Below, in pieces: positions 1 through 12,323 of a DNA stretch of 64,000 nucleotides. The DNA is from Trypanosoma brucei (Eukaryota). The DNA is taken from the NCBI GenBank assembly GCA_000002445.1, contig CM000208.1:1120001-1184000 (forward strand), read 5' to 3'. Both the position numbers and the translations under genes were made by a program. Position 1 is the first letter of the stretch. Each line of letters begins with the position of its first letter. Below the pieces are notes generated by a model. It searched no databases. It saw only the letters and a program-made list of their open reading frames with translations, and was not told the DNA's origin.

Positions 1-252
1 CTTAGGAGGATATCTTGTAGGCGTTTTCACAGTGCAGATCTTTCCTGTGCTCTCGATTCCCGACTCGCCACACACTCACTGTTTATTCTCAGTACTCTTT
101 CAGTTATTCTTTTCGCCACGAGTGTATCACTAACCAGTTTAGTAAATAAAGCAGAGGTGAAAAGTGGTAAGATTGTTACGTGAGCGCCCCCGTGAAGAAA
201 CAAGGAAGGTTGTAGTGTCATATTTTATCGGTTCCTAATATATATTTTTGGT

Positions 253-1140
253 ATGTCCCGGGCACCTCCACCACCGGATTTTTCACGAATTGCTGCTGAA
301 ATCCGCAAGAGGTTGGGTAATTTTGGTGATATCGCAGGGCTTACAGCTCTGGTCGGTTTTGGGGGATTGGTTTGTGCAGGTTTGTACAAATCCATTTACT
401 TCGTTGATGGCGGCTGCTGCGCGGTCAAGTTTAATGCCATCACAGGTCTGAAAAACCGAACGTACGGCGAGGGAGCCAACTTCGCCATCCCGTTTCTTGA
501 AACTCCTGTTGTGTTCGATATCCGAAATAAGCCAACAGAAGTGCTGACTGCAACTGGGAGTCGTGACCTGCAGACGGTCAACTTGGCTGTACGTGTCCTC
601 TACCAGCCGCACGTGAGCGCCCTCCCCGACATATACCGTAACGTTGGAATGGAATATGCAGAAACTGTGTTGCCATCGCTGGTGAACGAGATTATTCGCG
701 CCGTAATAGCACAGTTCAACGCCTCGGATTTGCTGGTGAAGCGCCCGGAGGTGAGCAACCGGATTGGGGTAATGTTGGCCGAACGTGCCAAGCGGTTTCA
801 TATTGACATTACGGATGTCTCCATTACCCAAATGAGTTTTGGTAAGGAATACACGAGTGCTGTAGAGGCGAAACAGGTCGCCCAGCAGATGGCGGAACGA
901 GCGAAGTGGCGTGTTGAACAAGCGGAACAGGAAAAGGAAGGCGCAATTTTGTTGGCGAAGGGTGAAGCGGAGGCGGCCAAGCTTATTGGAATGGCCGTGC
1001 AGAAGAACCCAGCCTTTATTACGCTGCGAAGCCTTGAGGCGTCCAGGACTATTGCCGATCTCATGCGACAGAAGGGGTCTGGAAGCTTCTACATCGACAG
1101 TGATACCTTGTCTCTGAACACCCAAACTATTGGACATTAG
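253..1140 (+). CDS. PHB: Prohibitin (band-7/SPFH family, PHB2-like), mitochondrial inner membrane
   Basis: 295-aa ORF with an N-terminal hydrophobic anchor followed by an SPFH/band-7 core (…VFDIRNKPTEV…LPSLVNEIIRAVIAQFNASDLLVKR…ITLRSLEAS…) and a C-terminal coiled coil, typical of prohibitins. Starts at ATG. Confidence 0.9.
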   Translation: MSRAPPPPDFSRIAAEIRKRLGNFGDIAGLTALVGFGGLVCAGLYKSIYFVDGGCCAVKFNAITGLKNRTYGEGANFAIPFLETPVVFDIRNKPTEVLTATGSRDLQTVNLAVRVLYQPHVSALPDIYRNVGMEYAETVLPSLVNEIIRAVIAQFNASDLLVKRPEVSNRIGVMLAERAKRFHIDITDVSITQMSFGKEYTSAVEAKQVAQQMAERAKWRVEQAEQEKEGAILLAKGEAEAAKLIGMAVQKNPAFITLRSLEASRTIADLMRQKGSGSFYIDSDTLSLNTQTIGH

Positions 1141-1586
1141 AGGGCATCTTTAGGAACTTCGGTTTGCGCATGCGTTTGGTGAATCTTAGCGGAACTGCTT
1201 CCACTCCTCTTAGCAATGAGTAGGTTGTCAATGACTCCTTTTGTCTTTCTTCGGCGTGCGTGGTATTGTTTCGTATGGGTGGAGGCTGGATGGCGAGATC
1301 GGTAAAAACCTACCACACATCGTGGAAACTCTGTTAACAGCTAAAAGGGTTGTGTTTTTCTCACTTGTGGATGACGGGCAAAGCAAACCAAAAACACTTT
1401 CAGTATTAACGACATTCATGCACTTACTTATCCGCTTGTTTGTGCCTTCCTATCCGTATGTACCGCCGCTAACTGCCGCACTTTTCATAGACTTATCTAT
1501 TATTATTATTGCCGTGCTCCTGAACGTTTTCCGCACAAAATAAGCTAGTAGCGCTTTGTCAGAGTTGCTTAGATACATTATAGGCC

Positions 1587-3578
1587 ATGAAACCGCGAGA
1601 CCTATGGGAACTCATGGTGGAGATCCTCGGTCCGTGCCTAAACAAGTCTGATACGCGCGACACGGACGTTATTGTGGATGAAACGCTTATGACATGTAGT
1701 ACACTGGAGGATGGGCAGGAAGCCCTAGTACGCGACGCCGTGTCAGGCACCCTTCATTTTGAGAAAGTGTGTGAAGGGATGTTGAGAGGTTTTTGTGATT
1801 ACTGCCGGCGAACCAATTTAGACAGATGCTCCATGTACCTTATCGCGTATTTTGTGGTGTTTCGGTACGAAAAAGTAGGAGGTCACAATCTACGGGAAAT
1901 GTTCTATCGCAGCACTACTACAAATATTCTCGTGGATTACTTGGAGTACATGACCGACCCGGAGGGTGTCACGGAACACTCGTGTGGTTACTGGAACGCG
2001 CATTATGATTCTTCCTTTGTTGAAAACTTTGTTTGTCACACACTGCAAGATGTGGCGACCCAAGTGCGCCAAGATATTGTCGAGTGGTTGCAGGCGAAAG
2101 TCCCTGGTGGCGTGGTGCCAGTACGTGAGTCGACGGAGGAGGATGTGTGTAAGAGGCTTTTATCCACCGCGAAACCAGCTTCCACTGTCAAAGCTCCACC
2201 TTCATCGCTCTGGGAAGTTAAACCTCCGACGCTTCCACCAGCGGAGGTAAGAGAAATGATGTTCACTATCCCTGAGGAGCGGCCGCCGCGTATCGACTGT
2301 TCAAAACCGCCAACGGCCGCAGTGCTTCCTCGCAAGACTCCGACGGTGCCCATTGGGTTTAGTTTCATGCAACGGCGCCCGCTTTCCTCTTTTAGAAAGA
2401 AGATACAGGAGCGAGGGGAAGCTGGAGCTGCAGCCGCATCCTCAGAACTTCGACCACCCGAAGTGAAGGTGGTGACGGATAAGCCAGTTGAAGTACGCCC
2501 GACTGCTGGCACTATACGGAGGGAGGCGTTGTTGTATATTAAAAGAGAGGAAGAAAGGAAACGTGCATTGAAAGAAGTGGAGGTGAGTCTTCATGACGCT
2601 CGAGAATACGATGACTGGAGGGAGAGGGAAAGGAAGAAAGAAGAGCAGGAACAAGCTGAAGAGGTCGTTAGGCGCAAGGAAAAAATTAAGCAAATCGCTG
2701 AAAGTGCAACAGAAAAGCGAAAAGCAATTGAAGAAGCGAAGAAAGCTATGACTCAGAAGTGTAGGTCGGAAAAACTCTCGCTAGAGGAAGCCTATGCCGC
2801 TCAGAAAGAATTTTACAAAACCTACCAACAGGGCATTGTGGAGGAAAGAAAGAAGGAGAATTTAGAAAAGCGTGAGAGGGCTTTGAAGCGCATGAACAGA
2901 GCTCGGTTCTCCGCTGCTGCGCGTGTGCGAGATGAAAGGGAGAGGCTCAAGGAGGAGGCAAACGAGGAACAAGAAAGGATAAGGGAAGAACGGCTCGCCA
3001 TCATTCAGGAGATGCAGGCGCTGCGAGAACGAAACCGCCAGCGGAAGGAAGAGCAGGCACAAATGAATTTTGAGAGTCGCGAGGTGCCTTCCCACTCTTA
3101 TGTGAGTCATACGATGACTGATCGCGAACTAAGGGAAGAATTGAGTCGGTTAAAGGTAGAAAACGCTCATCTTGAGGAGGAGCGGCGGGCTCAACTTCGG
3201 GCCGCGAGGCAAAAGGAGCGTGAAAAATTGGAGGCGTTGCTGCTGATGTGTGCCAAACGACGTCAAAATGTGCGGCGCGCGCGCGTTGAGGAAATCGCGA
3301 TCAAGAAGGCACAGAGGGCCGCTCTCGAGGAGGCACAGAACGATGAAGCACAGAAGAAGGCTCAAGCCACATGTGATATGCTAAAGCAAAAGAGGAACAA
3401 CAAACGGGCAGAACATTTGGCGTTTGCAAGGGAAGACCGGATGCGGCAAAACAAACTAGTTCTCCTCGCAAAAGATGCACACACTGTTGAGGAGAACCGC
3501 TGGAAACAGCAGGAACTTGGCGTCGTAAATAGAATTACACTGAACCAGAACAAGAGACTTTACTCTATGCAGGCGTAG
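1587..3578 (+). CDS. Hypothetical protein: globular N-terminal domain plus a long E/R/K-rich coiled-coil C-terminus
   Basis: 663-aa ATG-initiated ORF. The C-terminal ~400 aa is extremely charged (ERK-rich) with coiled-coil heptad character. No recognisable catalytic motif. Confidence 0.6.
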   Translation: MKPRDLWELMVEILGPCLNKSDTRDTDVIVDETLMTCSTLEDGQEALVRDAVSGTLHFEKVCEGMLRGFCDYCRRTNLDRCSMYLIAYFVVFRYEKVGGHNLREMFYRSTTTNILVDYLEYMTDPEGVTEHSCGYWNAHYDSSFVENFVCHTLQDVATQVRQDIVEWLQAKVPGGVVPVRESTEEDVCKRLLSTAKPASTVKAPPSSLWEVKPPTLPPAEVREMMFTIPEERPPRIDCSKPPTAAVLPRKTPTVPIGFSFMQRRPLSSFRKKIQERGEAGAAAASSELRPPEVKVVTDKPVEVRPTAGTIRREALLYIKREEERKRALKEVEVSLHDAREYDDWRERERKKEEQEQAEEVVRRKEKIKQIAESATEKRKAIEEAKKAMTQKCRSEKLSLEEAYAAQKEFYKTYQQGIVEERKKENLEKRERALKRMNRARFSAAARVRDERERLKEEANEEQERIREERLAIIQEMQALRERNRQRKEEQAQMNFESREVPSHSYVSHTMTDRELREELSRLKVENAHLEEERRAQLRAARQKEREKLEALLLMCAKRRQNVRRARVEEIAIKKAQRAALEEAQNDEAQKKAQATCDMLKQKRNNKRAEHLAFAREDRMRQNKLVLLAKDAHTVEENRWKQQELGVVNRITLNQNKRLYSMQA

Positions 3579-4473
3579 ACCCACAACCCTTTTTGTGTAA
3601 AGAGCATTGGCCCATGTAGATGGGGAGCACTGCCATCCGGAGTGCATATGTATTACTTTTTAAAAGAAAAAACAAGAAAACACCGCTAGACTTTCTCCCC
3701 GTCTTTCATATGTATTTATTGTTATTATTATTGCGCACTACTCACCACATCTATTTTGCCCTCCCCCTCCCCCCTCCTTCAGATGATATTAGATCGTTGT
3801 AAAGAGGTAAACCGAAGTTGCAAACTTTTCGTTGCAGGGTCGATGTTGATGTGCTAGAGGCGGAGACACGGCGTTGCCCCTTTGGTCGCTTGGAACAAAG
3901 TGTGGGAGGGCACGCGCATCCTCAGCGCTTTTTGAATTTTTTGCTTGATGTGCCAACCAACGCAACATTTCGTTGAGCCTTTGCGGAAAGGTATTGAACA
4001 ATTCGGTGGAGGGTTGCGATGTTTGTTTGAGCGGTGTTGGAAATGACAGTTAGTGGCGCATGCAGTGACGGGAGCTTTTTTTTGGGGGGGGGTGTAGGGA
4101 CTGTGCAAGAAGAGGGGAATTGTGGAGTCATGTTTCGGGGGTATTACTGCGGTGTTAGTGTCTCAGAAGGGGCGTCGGCCACGCATTTTTACTTCGCAGA
4201 TGCTTGCACACATTGGTATAATCATCCCCGGAGGAATCCAGTAGCTGTGTTCAGCGTGTTTCTTCGTCAGAAGTTTTTTTCTTCTTTTGCGTCGTCAGTC
4301 GCCGCAGGTTTTGTAAGCGGTGATGCAGTTGCAACCAAAAGAAAACCACTTTAACGTAACTGAAGCTGTGTAGTCCGCATGCTTAACTTCCATTTGTGTG
4401 TGCACATAGATCAACACTTCACCGCTGGGGTTATTTGTTGTTTGTTGAGTTTGTAGGAAGGCAACCCCGTGGT

Positions 4474-5580
4474 ATGAGGCGGTGGGCCAGTTACACTTGC
4501 TTCGGTGCCATCACGATGCGGCTCCCCATTCCTAAGTTGGCGGAAAGGCATATGCACTCACCGGCGTCTCTGACGTGTCGAAAGGGAGTCCCTACAAGCA
4601 CGACCGCGGCGGTGGAAATGACTTACTTCCAGGCAATCAACTCTGCGCTCGATCTTTCACTTTTGCGCGACCCGAAGACGGTGCTGTTCGGGGAAGACGT
4701 CTCATTCGGTGGTGTATTCCGTTGCTCACTTGGCTTGGCTAAGAAGTATGGTTCTAAAAGGGTCTTTGACTCACCGCTTTCCGAGCAAGGCATAGTTGGC
4801 TTCGCAATTGGAATGGCTGCCGTTGGATGGAAACCAATTGCAGAGGTGCAGTTCGCAGATTACATATTTCCGGCTTTCGACCAAATTGTTAACGAGGCCG
4901 CAAAGATGCGCTTCCGCTCAGGAGGTCAGTTCTCCTGTGGTGGGCTCGTGGTGCGCTCTCCGTGCTCAGCTGTGGGGCATGGAGGGCTTTATCACTCCCA
5001 AAGTGTGGAGGGTTATTTTAACCACTGTGCCGGTGTCAAGATTGTTATGCCCTCCACTCCATCGGAAGCGAAGGGGTTATTGCTGCAATGTGTTGAGGAG
5101 GAGGATCCGTGTATCTTCTTTGAACCAAAGCTCCTGTACCGCTCCGCGGTGGAACTTGTTGAGCCATCGTATTACACAATACCGCTGGGAACCGGTCGGA
5201 TTGTCCGGGAGGGGAAGGATGTGACTATTGTCACGTATGGAACACAAGTTGCGGTTGCTTCGAAGGCGGCTCAGCGTGCGGAAAAGGAGGGCATCTCGGT
5301 GGAGGTTATTGACCTTCGGTCATTAAAACCATGGGATCGAGAGATGGTGGCGCAGTCCGTTCGGAAGACTGGTCGGGTAATCGTGACGCACGAAGCCCCT
5401 AAAACTAGTGGTTTTGGTGCGGAGCTTATCTCCAGCATCGTCGAGGACTGTTTTCTTTCACTGGAGGCGCCCCCGAAGCGTGTGTGTGGGTTAGACACGC
5501 CTCACCCGTTACATGAGCAGTTGTATTTACCGAATGAGGCGAAAGTATACGAGGCAGTGAAGGAAGTGATCGCGTTCTAG
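4474..5580 (+). CDS. 2-oxoisovalerate (branched-chain alpha-keto acid) dehydrogenase E1 beta subunit, mitochondrial
   Basis: Transketolase-like E1-beta core (…FGEDVSFGGVFRCSLGLAKKYG…RVFDSPLSEQGIVGFAIGMA…KPIAEVQFADYIFPAFDQIVNEAAKMRFRSGG…) and a C-terminal TK domain. The track ORF starts at 4396 with GTG. The first in-frame ATG is about 4474 (MRRWAS…) and is followed by a plausible mitochondrial presequence. Confidence 0.85.
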   Translation: MRRWASYTCFGAITMRLPIPKLAERHMHSPASLTCRKGVPTSTTAAVEMTYFQAINSALDLSLLRDPKTVLFGEDVSFGGVFRCSLGLAKKYGSKRVFDSPLSEQGIVGFAIGMAAVGWKPIAEVQFADYIFPAFDQIVNEAAKMRFRSGGQFSCGGLVVRSPCSAVGHGGLYHSQSVEGYFNHCAGVKIVMPSTPSEAKGLLLQCVEEEDPCIFFEPKLLYRSAVELVEPSYYTIPLGTGRIVREGKDVTIVTYGTQVAVASKAAQRAEKEGISVEVIDLRSLKPWDREMVAQSVRKTGRVIVTHEAPKTSGFGAELISSIVEDCFLSLEAPPKRVCGLDTPHPLHEQLYLPNEAKVYEAVKEVIAF

Positions 5581-8500
5581 GCAATATCGACATTCGTACA
5601 TTTTATTTTTTTTGAGGGATTTACCAGTGACTACCGTGCGTTGTCAATGTATCTGTTTTTCCATACATATCGCTGTACCTCCTGTGTGGCAGTAGAACGG
5701 GTATCAGTGAAGCTTCGGAAAAAATAAAACGTTTACAAACAACCCGAAGCAGAGGTGGTACGGGTTCACACGTGGATCCTGTGGTCACAACCAAATGTCA
5801 GTTTACTCAGCTCGCCTCTGTTTGTCCTTTTTATCTTTACTTGCGCCAACTGGCAATCTGGGGTAGTTGCAGAGAACTCTACTTCCTAGGAGGATTTCCG
5901 GTGTGTGGGGAAGTGATGTCTGCTCGGGTGGTTTCGTAACAAGGATGCGGCTGTTGTTTGGATCACGGCGTCCCTGTCGCTCCAACAGTGCAGCGGTTAC
6001 CCGCTCTTGGACCGATGCCCAAAAAGTAAAAAGCCATGACGGAGAGGAACCGTTGGTCGCTTGAGCTGCGGGACCGGAACCCGAAAAAAAAAGGTCAAAA
6101 TATCAAACAGCACAAATGGGTTTGCGCAGAACGTGGCTTTCAATCTAAGAGTGCAGGTGTACTAACATTGCGCGGGCCGCAGAAACACTACATGACCAAC
6201 GACAGTCCCTTTCCACCCCACACTGGCGGAACCATAATCCACACTGAATATGATAAAAAAACACACTCCAGTGAGGAATCTGTGGGTTCAAATTGATTTA
6301 GCAGAGAGGCTCGACAATACGTCATGGAATAAAGAGCAGAGGTCAGCTTTAGCACATCATTCCAGTGGTGGAGAAACGGATAGGCACACAAAGTGAAAAC
6401 CGACCGCATCAACCCAACACCAATGAACAAAGTGATAACACCACCAGTTCAACCCCTGGAGAAAATGAAGCGATATATGGACCTCGCGGCTACATATTTC
6501 ACACGTAAAATGGACTAGTGATACGTCACGGGATGAAATACTGCGAAGTACAACCGCAAACGGAGTCGCAAGAAATAAAGAGGCAACGGTAACTCGAAGA
6601 GAATGCAAGTATTCCAACTAAGGGCTCCCGAGCGCCGGAAACGAGAGGGCATCCAGTGAACTACCCAGCAGGCACATCTGAGCCGCTACAATGCACGCGA
6701 TGTGGCTTTGTATCACAATCAAAAGGGGGAACAACACCAAACACCAATATTCAACACCGCAGAGGCCATCCCCTGGAGAGTAACGCTGGTACAAAACGGA
6801 GCCGTTCCATCACAGAACAAGAGGTATCCCTCATTTGGGACACGGTAACTATAGGTGTAAATGACACCTGTTGCACGCAATGCCGTCATACGCATGTATC
6901 AAAAGACAGCCTGATGGGGCACTTCGGGGGAATGCATAGACAGCATCCCTTCTCCGTAGCAAAAGAATCTCCACCACCGCTCCGGAGCTTCAACGTCAGA
7001 GGATTTCATCTACACTTCACGTTCGTAAACCGAAATCAGACGTCCCACTCAACATCAGGTTCATCTATACATCGCCATCAAAAAACATGAAATCTGCGTT
7101 GAAAGGAAACATACACACTCCAACGACTGCGAAGGGAATCCCACCCACATACTCGTGCGCTCAAGCCTAAAGTGCTCCGCAGTTACTTCGGGCTTGAGGG
7201 CGAAAATATGCAGAAGATAGTGTTCACCAAGAACCTTGCACAATTCCTCCTAGAACTTGAGAAACCCCTCATTCTCTTCCAACATGTACTTTCTTCATTC
7301 GAGAGGAACACCCCTATAAAGGAGAATAGACTACACAAAAAGCTGCCCACTCCTCTGAATGAAAATTGTAAACTTCACTATGCTCTTCTACGCTTGGCTC
7401 AAAAAAAAAAAAAAGAGGCAGAAGCCTTTCACTCTCAAGTAAGCTGTTTTCGCCATTACGGAAGACCGAGGACTAAAAGCTGAACGTTTGCAACTGGTCA
7501 CGCATAACTAGTTCGGACATAACCTACAAATGTCTTCCGTAAAGCAAATATAGTGCGCTCCAACCTAGATGGCAATTCGTTGACGGCACGTCCACTGAGG
7601 AGCATTATAAAAAAAAAACGTTTAAGCGATTGAGGTCGCGACGACACAAGCAACTTGTACAGCGACCTCATAGATAATGAAATCGCCACCATCATTCGAT
7701 CAGCCGCACGACCGGCCGCCAGCAACGGCAGTAATGGGACGTGAAGATCGCTTTGATGCGCGTTTCACCCTAATCCAGTTTCGAGTGTAGCGTATTCCCC
7801 TTTGCGCTTCTGCTTTATGTCTCCCACCAAAATATCAACGATGCATATTAGGTGCACAGTTCTGCCCTTGTTTTCTTTGATTGCAATCTCATCTGCTATT
7901 CCACTGTTTATCCAAGCAACGTGGTGGGAGAAAATAAGCTGCACCGAAATCACCGCATTCCTTTTACTGACTGTGAAAATCACCCTTCCATACACAGCGC
8001 GGGATTCCATCCTCCGCGCGACTCTGTCTTTCATTGTTTCCAGTAACGTATTTAGCACCTTTTCAATTGGCACCGCTTCCGCACAATGACTGCATCCCAG
8101 TATTCAGATGTCCCTTTAATTCTGTATTCTTCCATGTTGCCGAAGATTACCGTTTCTGTGCCCGATGAAGCGTCTAAACTCACCAGTTCATTTGTTCAAA
8201 CGTTTCAGTCCTTATTGAATATCCCCATTTTTTTCGGCGTATGAGCCCTCCTCCATTTGTCTTTTGCGTTTGCTTTTATACCCACCCACGTATGGCAAAT
8301 TTGTGTACACTCTGGAGCCAATGTCCAAGGAGCTTTAAGTATGGAGTGCACCTTGATTTTTGGTGTCGGAGCACCAGACCTCCACTGAATTCAGCCATTC
8401 AGGTATTGGATGACTTCTAGGATATTGCCGGTTTATTATGTCTGAAAAGCATCCTCTTTTGGCGCTTGATTGCATGTAATATTCCGTCGCCCTCGTGTTT

Positions 8501-11500
8501 GCCGCTTTTCAAACAAATATCAGTCGTGCTTTTTTGAGCATGTCTTGTTTGTTTGCGTGCGACGAAATCTCAGCAATGTTGCCCACCAACTGGGGTTGGA
8601 TTCTTTTGTGGACTGGGTACGTTTCCTTTGCCATCCTGCACGGCCGTAGCGGAAAAACACGACGAGGGGATGCTGTTCTCGAGTTTTTGCTTTGTCTACC
8701 ATCTGTGTGTCTTCGTCCGCTAAAATCAACAATGCTCTGGAGAATCTGATCCGAGACCGGGCCTCAGCACAGCAGTGGGGAGTTTGAGATCCTTTGCAAG
8801 ATTTGCGGCATAACACAAGTGAAGGAACCGAGACCTGAATTTGGCAACCGAAAGGAGGATGAGGTGGCGGGGTTTGAGGCGATTGTGGGTGTTGACGGGA
8901 TCGCGGCAATGCCGGAACAACATGGAAGATGCCGTCAAAAAGACGATTAACATCTGCAGTGAGGTGGCAAAGAAACACAGCATTACAGCTCGTAGGGATG
9001 ATCGACGGAAGCGGAAAGTGTGCGGCAACGCTAGAAGAGATGTGTCACATTGGAACGGAGGCGGTGCGTGATTCCAGGAAAACGGGAAGTTGTTGGGACA
9101 ATTAAACCGGTGCTACCGGTAACAATATCGGTGCCCCAAGGGATGCAGAGCTTGAGAGAGCAACAGAAATGTTGGCAGGCGATAGCGATCCCATGAGCCC
9201 CATAATCACTTTAAGGAAACGTTTCACTGGACGATTTTGAGAGGAAAGGAAACGCGAAATCTGGGCGTGGCAGCCACATTGGCCGCTAGCAAGGAATGAT
9301 TTCAAGTTTGGGCGGAATATTTTACGGAAATGAACGAAACTGCATCCGGAACGAATCATCAGGAAGAACTAAGCCCTAAGACCAGTTTCCCTATTAAAGT
9401 TTATTTACCATTGACCTCACAAAAATTTTGAAACTCAACGGTGAATCTAGCGGCTTTTCGGCTACTCCCCCAGACCTGGAAAAAAAAAACAGTTTCCCTG
9501 AACCCGAAAAGCTCTGCCCGCTCAGCAAACTTACGCCATGCACAATCCCGTGAAGGTGACACATCCCCAAAACACTCTGCACAGCCCATTTCGCTGGACT
9601 GCACACTTCTTTCATACCGCTAATATTTTCACCCCTAAATTAACGTGCCCGGACACTCACATGTATACCTGTAAAATTATGCAAGTGCTTTGACGAAGCT
9701 ACACCCACGTTGTGTTGGGTGCTTTTGTAATCCTATGGTGTTCAGCGCTCTCCCATACTTTAAAAAGCATACTACGCCGTTGTTTTTAGTACTACACCCT
9801 TCCCGTTTCCATTGGCACGCCCTCCGTAGTGGCATTTGCCGCCAGAATCCCTGTTCTAGAGGAGGTTTGTTGCATTTTTACGCTTCTTTCGGTAGCGGCC
9901 GTTTGTACGCACAGGGTGGTGTACATGCGTATATGTAGTGGTTGTTATTTTTTATGGAAAAAAAAAGCTGTTGAACCCTGTGACTTTAAGGTGCTGAAAA
10001 TAAGATTGGGACGAGGTTACATCTTATCCGTGGATAACCTTATAGGTGTGGAAGTGGGGGGACCATTCTCGAGAGTTACTTGGGGGTCAAACACACATAC
10101 AAGCGGCAGGCAAATACACTGAAAGGGGTGTGCCCGTGTTGGTGTTTGTGTGTGCGCGCAAATGTCGCCCCTGGCGTTTTTAATGGATATGTAAGCTTTG
10201 AAAGCAACCTCCTAGGGATTTGAAACATCTGTTGGATTCTGAAACTTGACAATTTCAGACTCGCGCAACACTGAGTAGCCTTTTTGACTTACTTACGTTT
10301 TGTGACCAAGCGGAGAAGTGAGGGAGACGCGATGGCGAAGAACCACTTCTTCAGATTCACTAGTTGGGGTAACAAAAGTTCCAGCCCCCTTTCAGGCGTA
10401 GTGAACAGCGGAGGCACAACTAATGAGGGCGGTGGATTCTTCACCAACTTCGACCCACCTCATTAAAATGAATGCCTCCTTACCGCGCCAACGCAACGGC
10501 AGGTGGCTAAATCGCGCATATTTTTGTGCCCATTCCCTCGCCACACAACTCTATGAAAATATCTTCCTCGAGGAGCTAATGGGAAAACATATCTCAGTCA
10601 CCATTTGCGAACGCAACTTCGTATGTTGAAGCGGGGGTTGTGTGAGGTGGGAACCGCGAAGGAAAGGTTGTACGTTGTGGTGGCGGTTGTGAGGTGGCGC
10701 TGTTTTTTTTTTCCTCCCTTTTTTTCTTGAGTGGGGATTACGGGGTTGCCGGTTCGTGGAGTATTATAACGCATGCTTTCCACCTGTAAGCTGCGGTGGT
10801 CCTCCTTTCCCCCAATCATCTCGCCCCGTACGGACAATAATGGAAGTGAAGTTTGTTTTGAGTGTGGCGTTGTCAGACCATTTGGAGGAAGTTATAGTTA
10901 AGGGATATAAGTCCCCGTGGAGAAAGTAAACGCCTGTCCAAATACTTATTCTATGTCACATTGTACGGAAACGCCACCACCCATATACTGGTCGTACCGT
11001 CAGTTGAAGTTCTCCATCCTGGCGTCAACGAAGTGCTTTTAAGGGTTCTCCTAGCGTCTAAACTCGTCCACTTTCACTGATGCCGTTTGGGTACACTCCC
11101 TCCAACCCAACCTTAACTAGCCTCTCTACACACCGCTTCATATCTTCAAACACATTTTTGTACCACCGTGAACTTTTGTTCTACACCTTTATTATGACAC
11201 ACATCCGTAGGAAGTAGCATCCCCTCTCCGCCACAAAAAAAGAAAATTATTGGGTGCGACAGTGTTCCCAGTATAATGGCTCTCGCCATGTGTTTTTTGG
11301 TTTTATTTTTCAGTGAGCCGTTCGCAAAGGTGTATTTCCTCCTCCGTAAGCTTGGCCTGTGCTACAAACATTGATACGATATCATAATATTTCCACATAA
11401 CCCCCTCAATATCATGACTACCTCCCCACATGAACCACATTTGCTCCGATAAGCGCCTTCCCACACCCACACACACCCCCCACACACACACACGCTGACT

Positions 11501-12323
11501 GAAATCTTAAACTACATAGGGGAATACCCTATTTGCATCACAGCGAAATTCACCTTGGCTGTGGGAACCCCACCGAACAACTTCACGCTTGCAAATTTAC
11601 TCGGATCACAACGGATACTTAAAAATTTTCCCAACACAACTACATTCCACACCGCAGTGTGGCACCCCACGAGGTGTCCAAAATGAACATCCTCTCAATT
11701 TTCCTTATTCCTCACATACTTACAAAACAGAAGAGAAGCACATGCGGGGAGGAGGGGGGGGCGAGGAAAGATGCACCCAACCCATTTCCATCGGATATCA
11801 TAAATCACCAGGGGTAACTTGTTCTTTTTTTTTTTTTAAGTCTTCCCAAACCCTCCCCAAATATCAAAACGCCCCCCCCCCCAGCCCACAACACCACCAG
11901 AAATTGGTGGCAGAAATCGCTCCCCTCCCTTTCCGGTCTTTTCGTTGGCCGGTGAAGTGCAGAATGGAAAACATCACGTCGAGTTCACCTTCACTACGCA
12001 CCAACTATCCGCACTCTTCGCCTCCACAACGATGCGGTACATCCTCAGAACCCCACCACCTCCAAAAAAGAAGGCGGTGATGGAATGTTATTATCCCTGT
12101 CTTTCCTTCTTTTCCATCGTGAATATTAGCGCTATCAATAATACCCTCACATAATATCTCTACACAAGCCCATTACAGACACCGCTTCAGCTAGTTTTCA
12201 TCCCTTTGGCGGTATATCTCGATGGGGAAATTATGCGTCATTCACCCATGATATCATCACAACAAGTAAACATACCACACACCAATTCGGAGTGTCAGAG
12301 AATGTGGTATGATGTTGTTGGGT
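5581..12323. other. ORF-poor convergent strand-switch region (putative Pol II transcription termination zone)
   Basis: Plus-strand genes end at 5580 and the minus-strand gene array ends at 12324, so transcription converges here. Across about 6.7 kb no ORF looks protein-like. The sequence has complex composition with scattered homopolymer tracts and no tandem repeats. Confidence 0.5.

Noticed and set aside
283-1137. 284-aa minus-strand ORF fully overlapping the prohibitin gene
   Set aside because: It is an antisense shadow ORF. The prohibitin frame has clear family motifs and the antisense frame has none.
6280-6300. tRNA-like T-loop motif (GGGTTCAAATTG)
   Set aside because: There are no complementary 5-bp stems, no D-loop or acceptor arm, and no full cloverleaf could be built. 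No tRNA is called.
6656-9071. Several 100-150-aa ORFs on both strands in the strand-switch region (6656-7090, 7172-7483, 7765-8073, 8520-8978, 8841-9071)
   Set aside because: Random-looking composition, no motifs, mutually overlapping, and no upstream polyY/AG context that is clearly better than background. Treated as noise, though a decayed pseudogene cannot be fully excluded.
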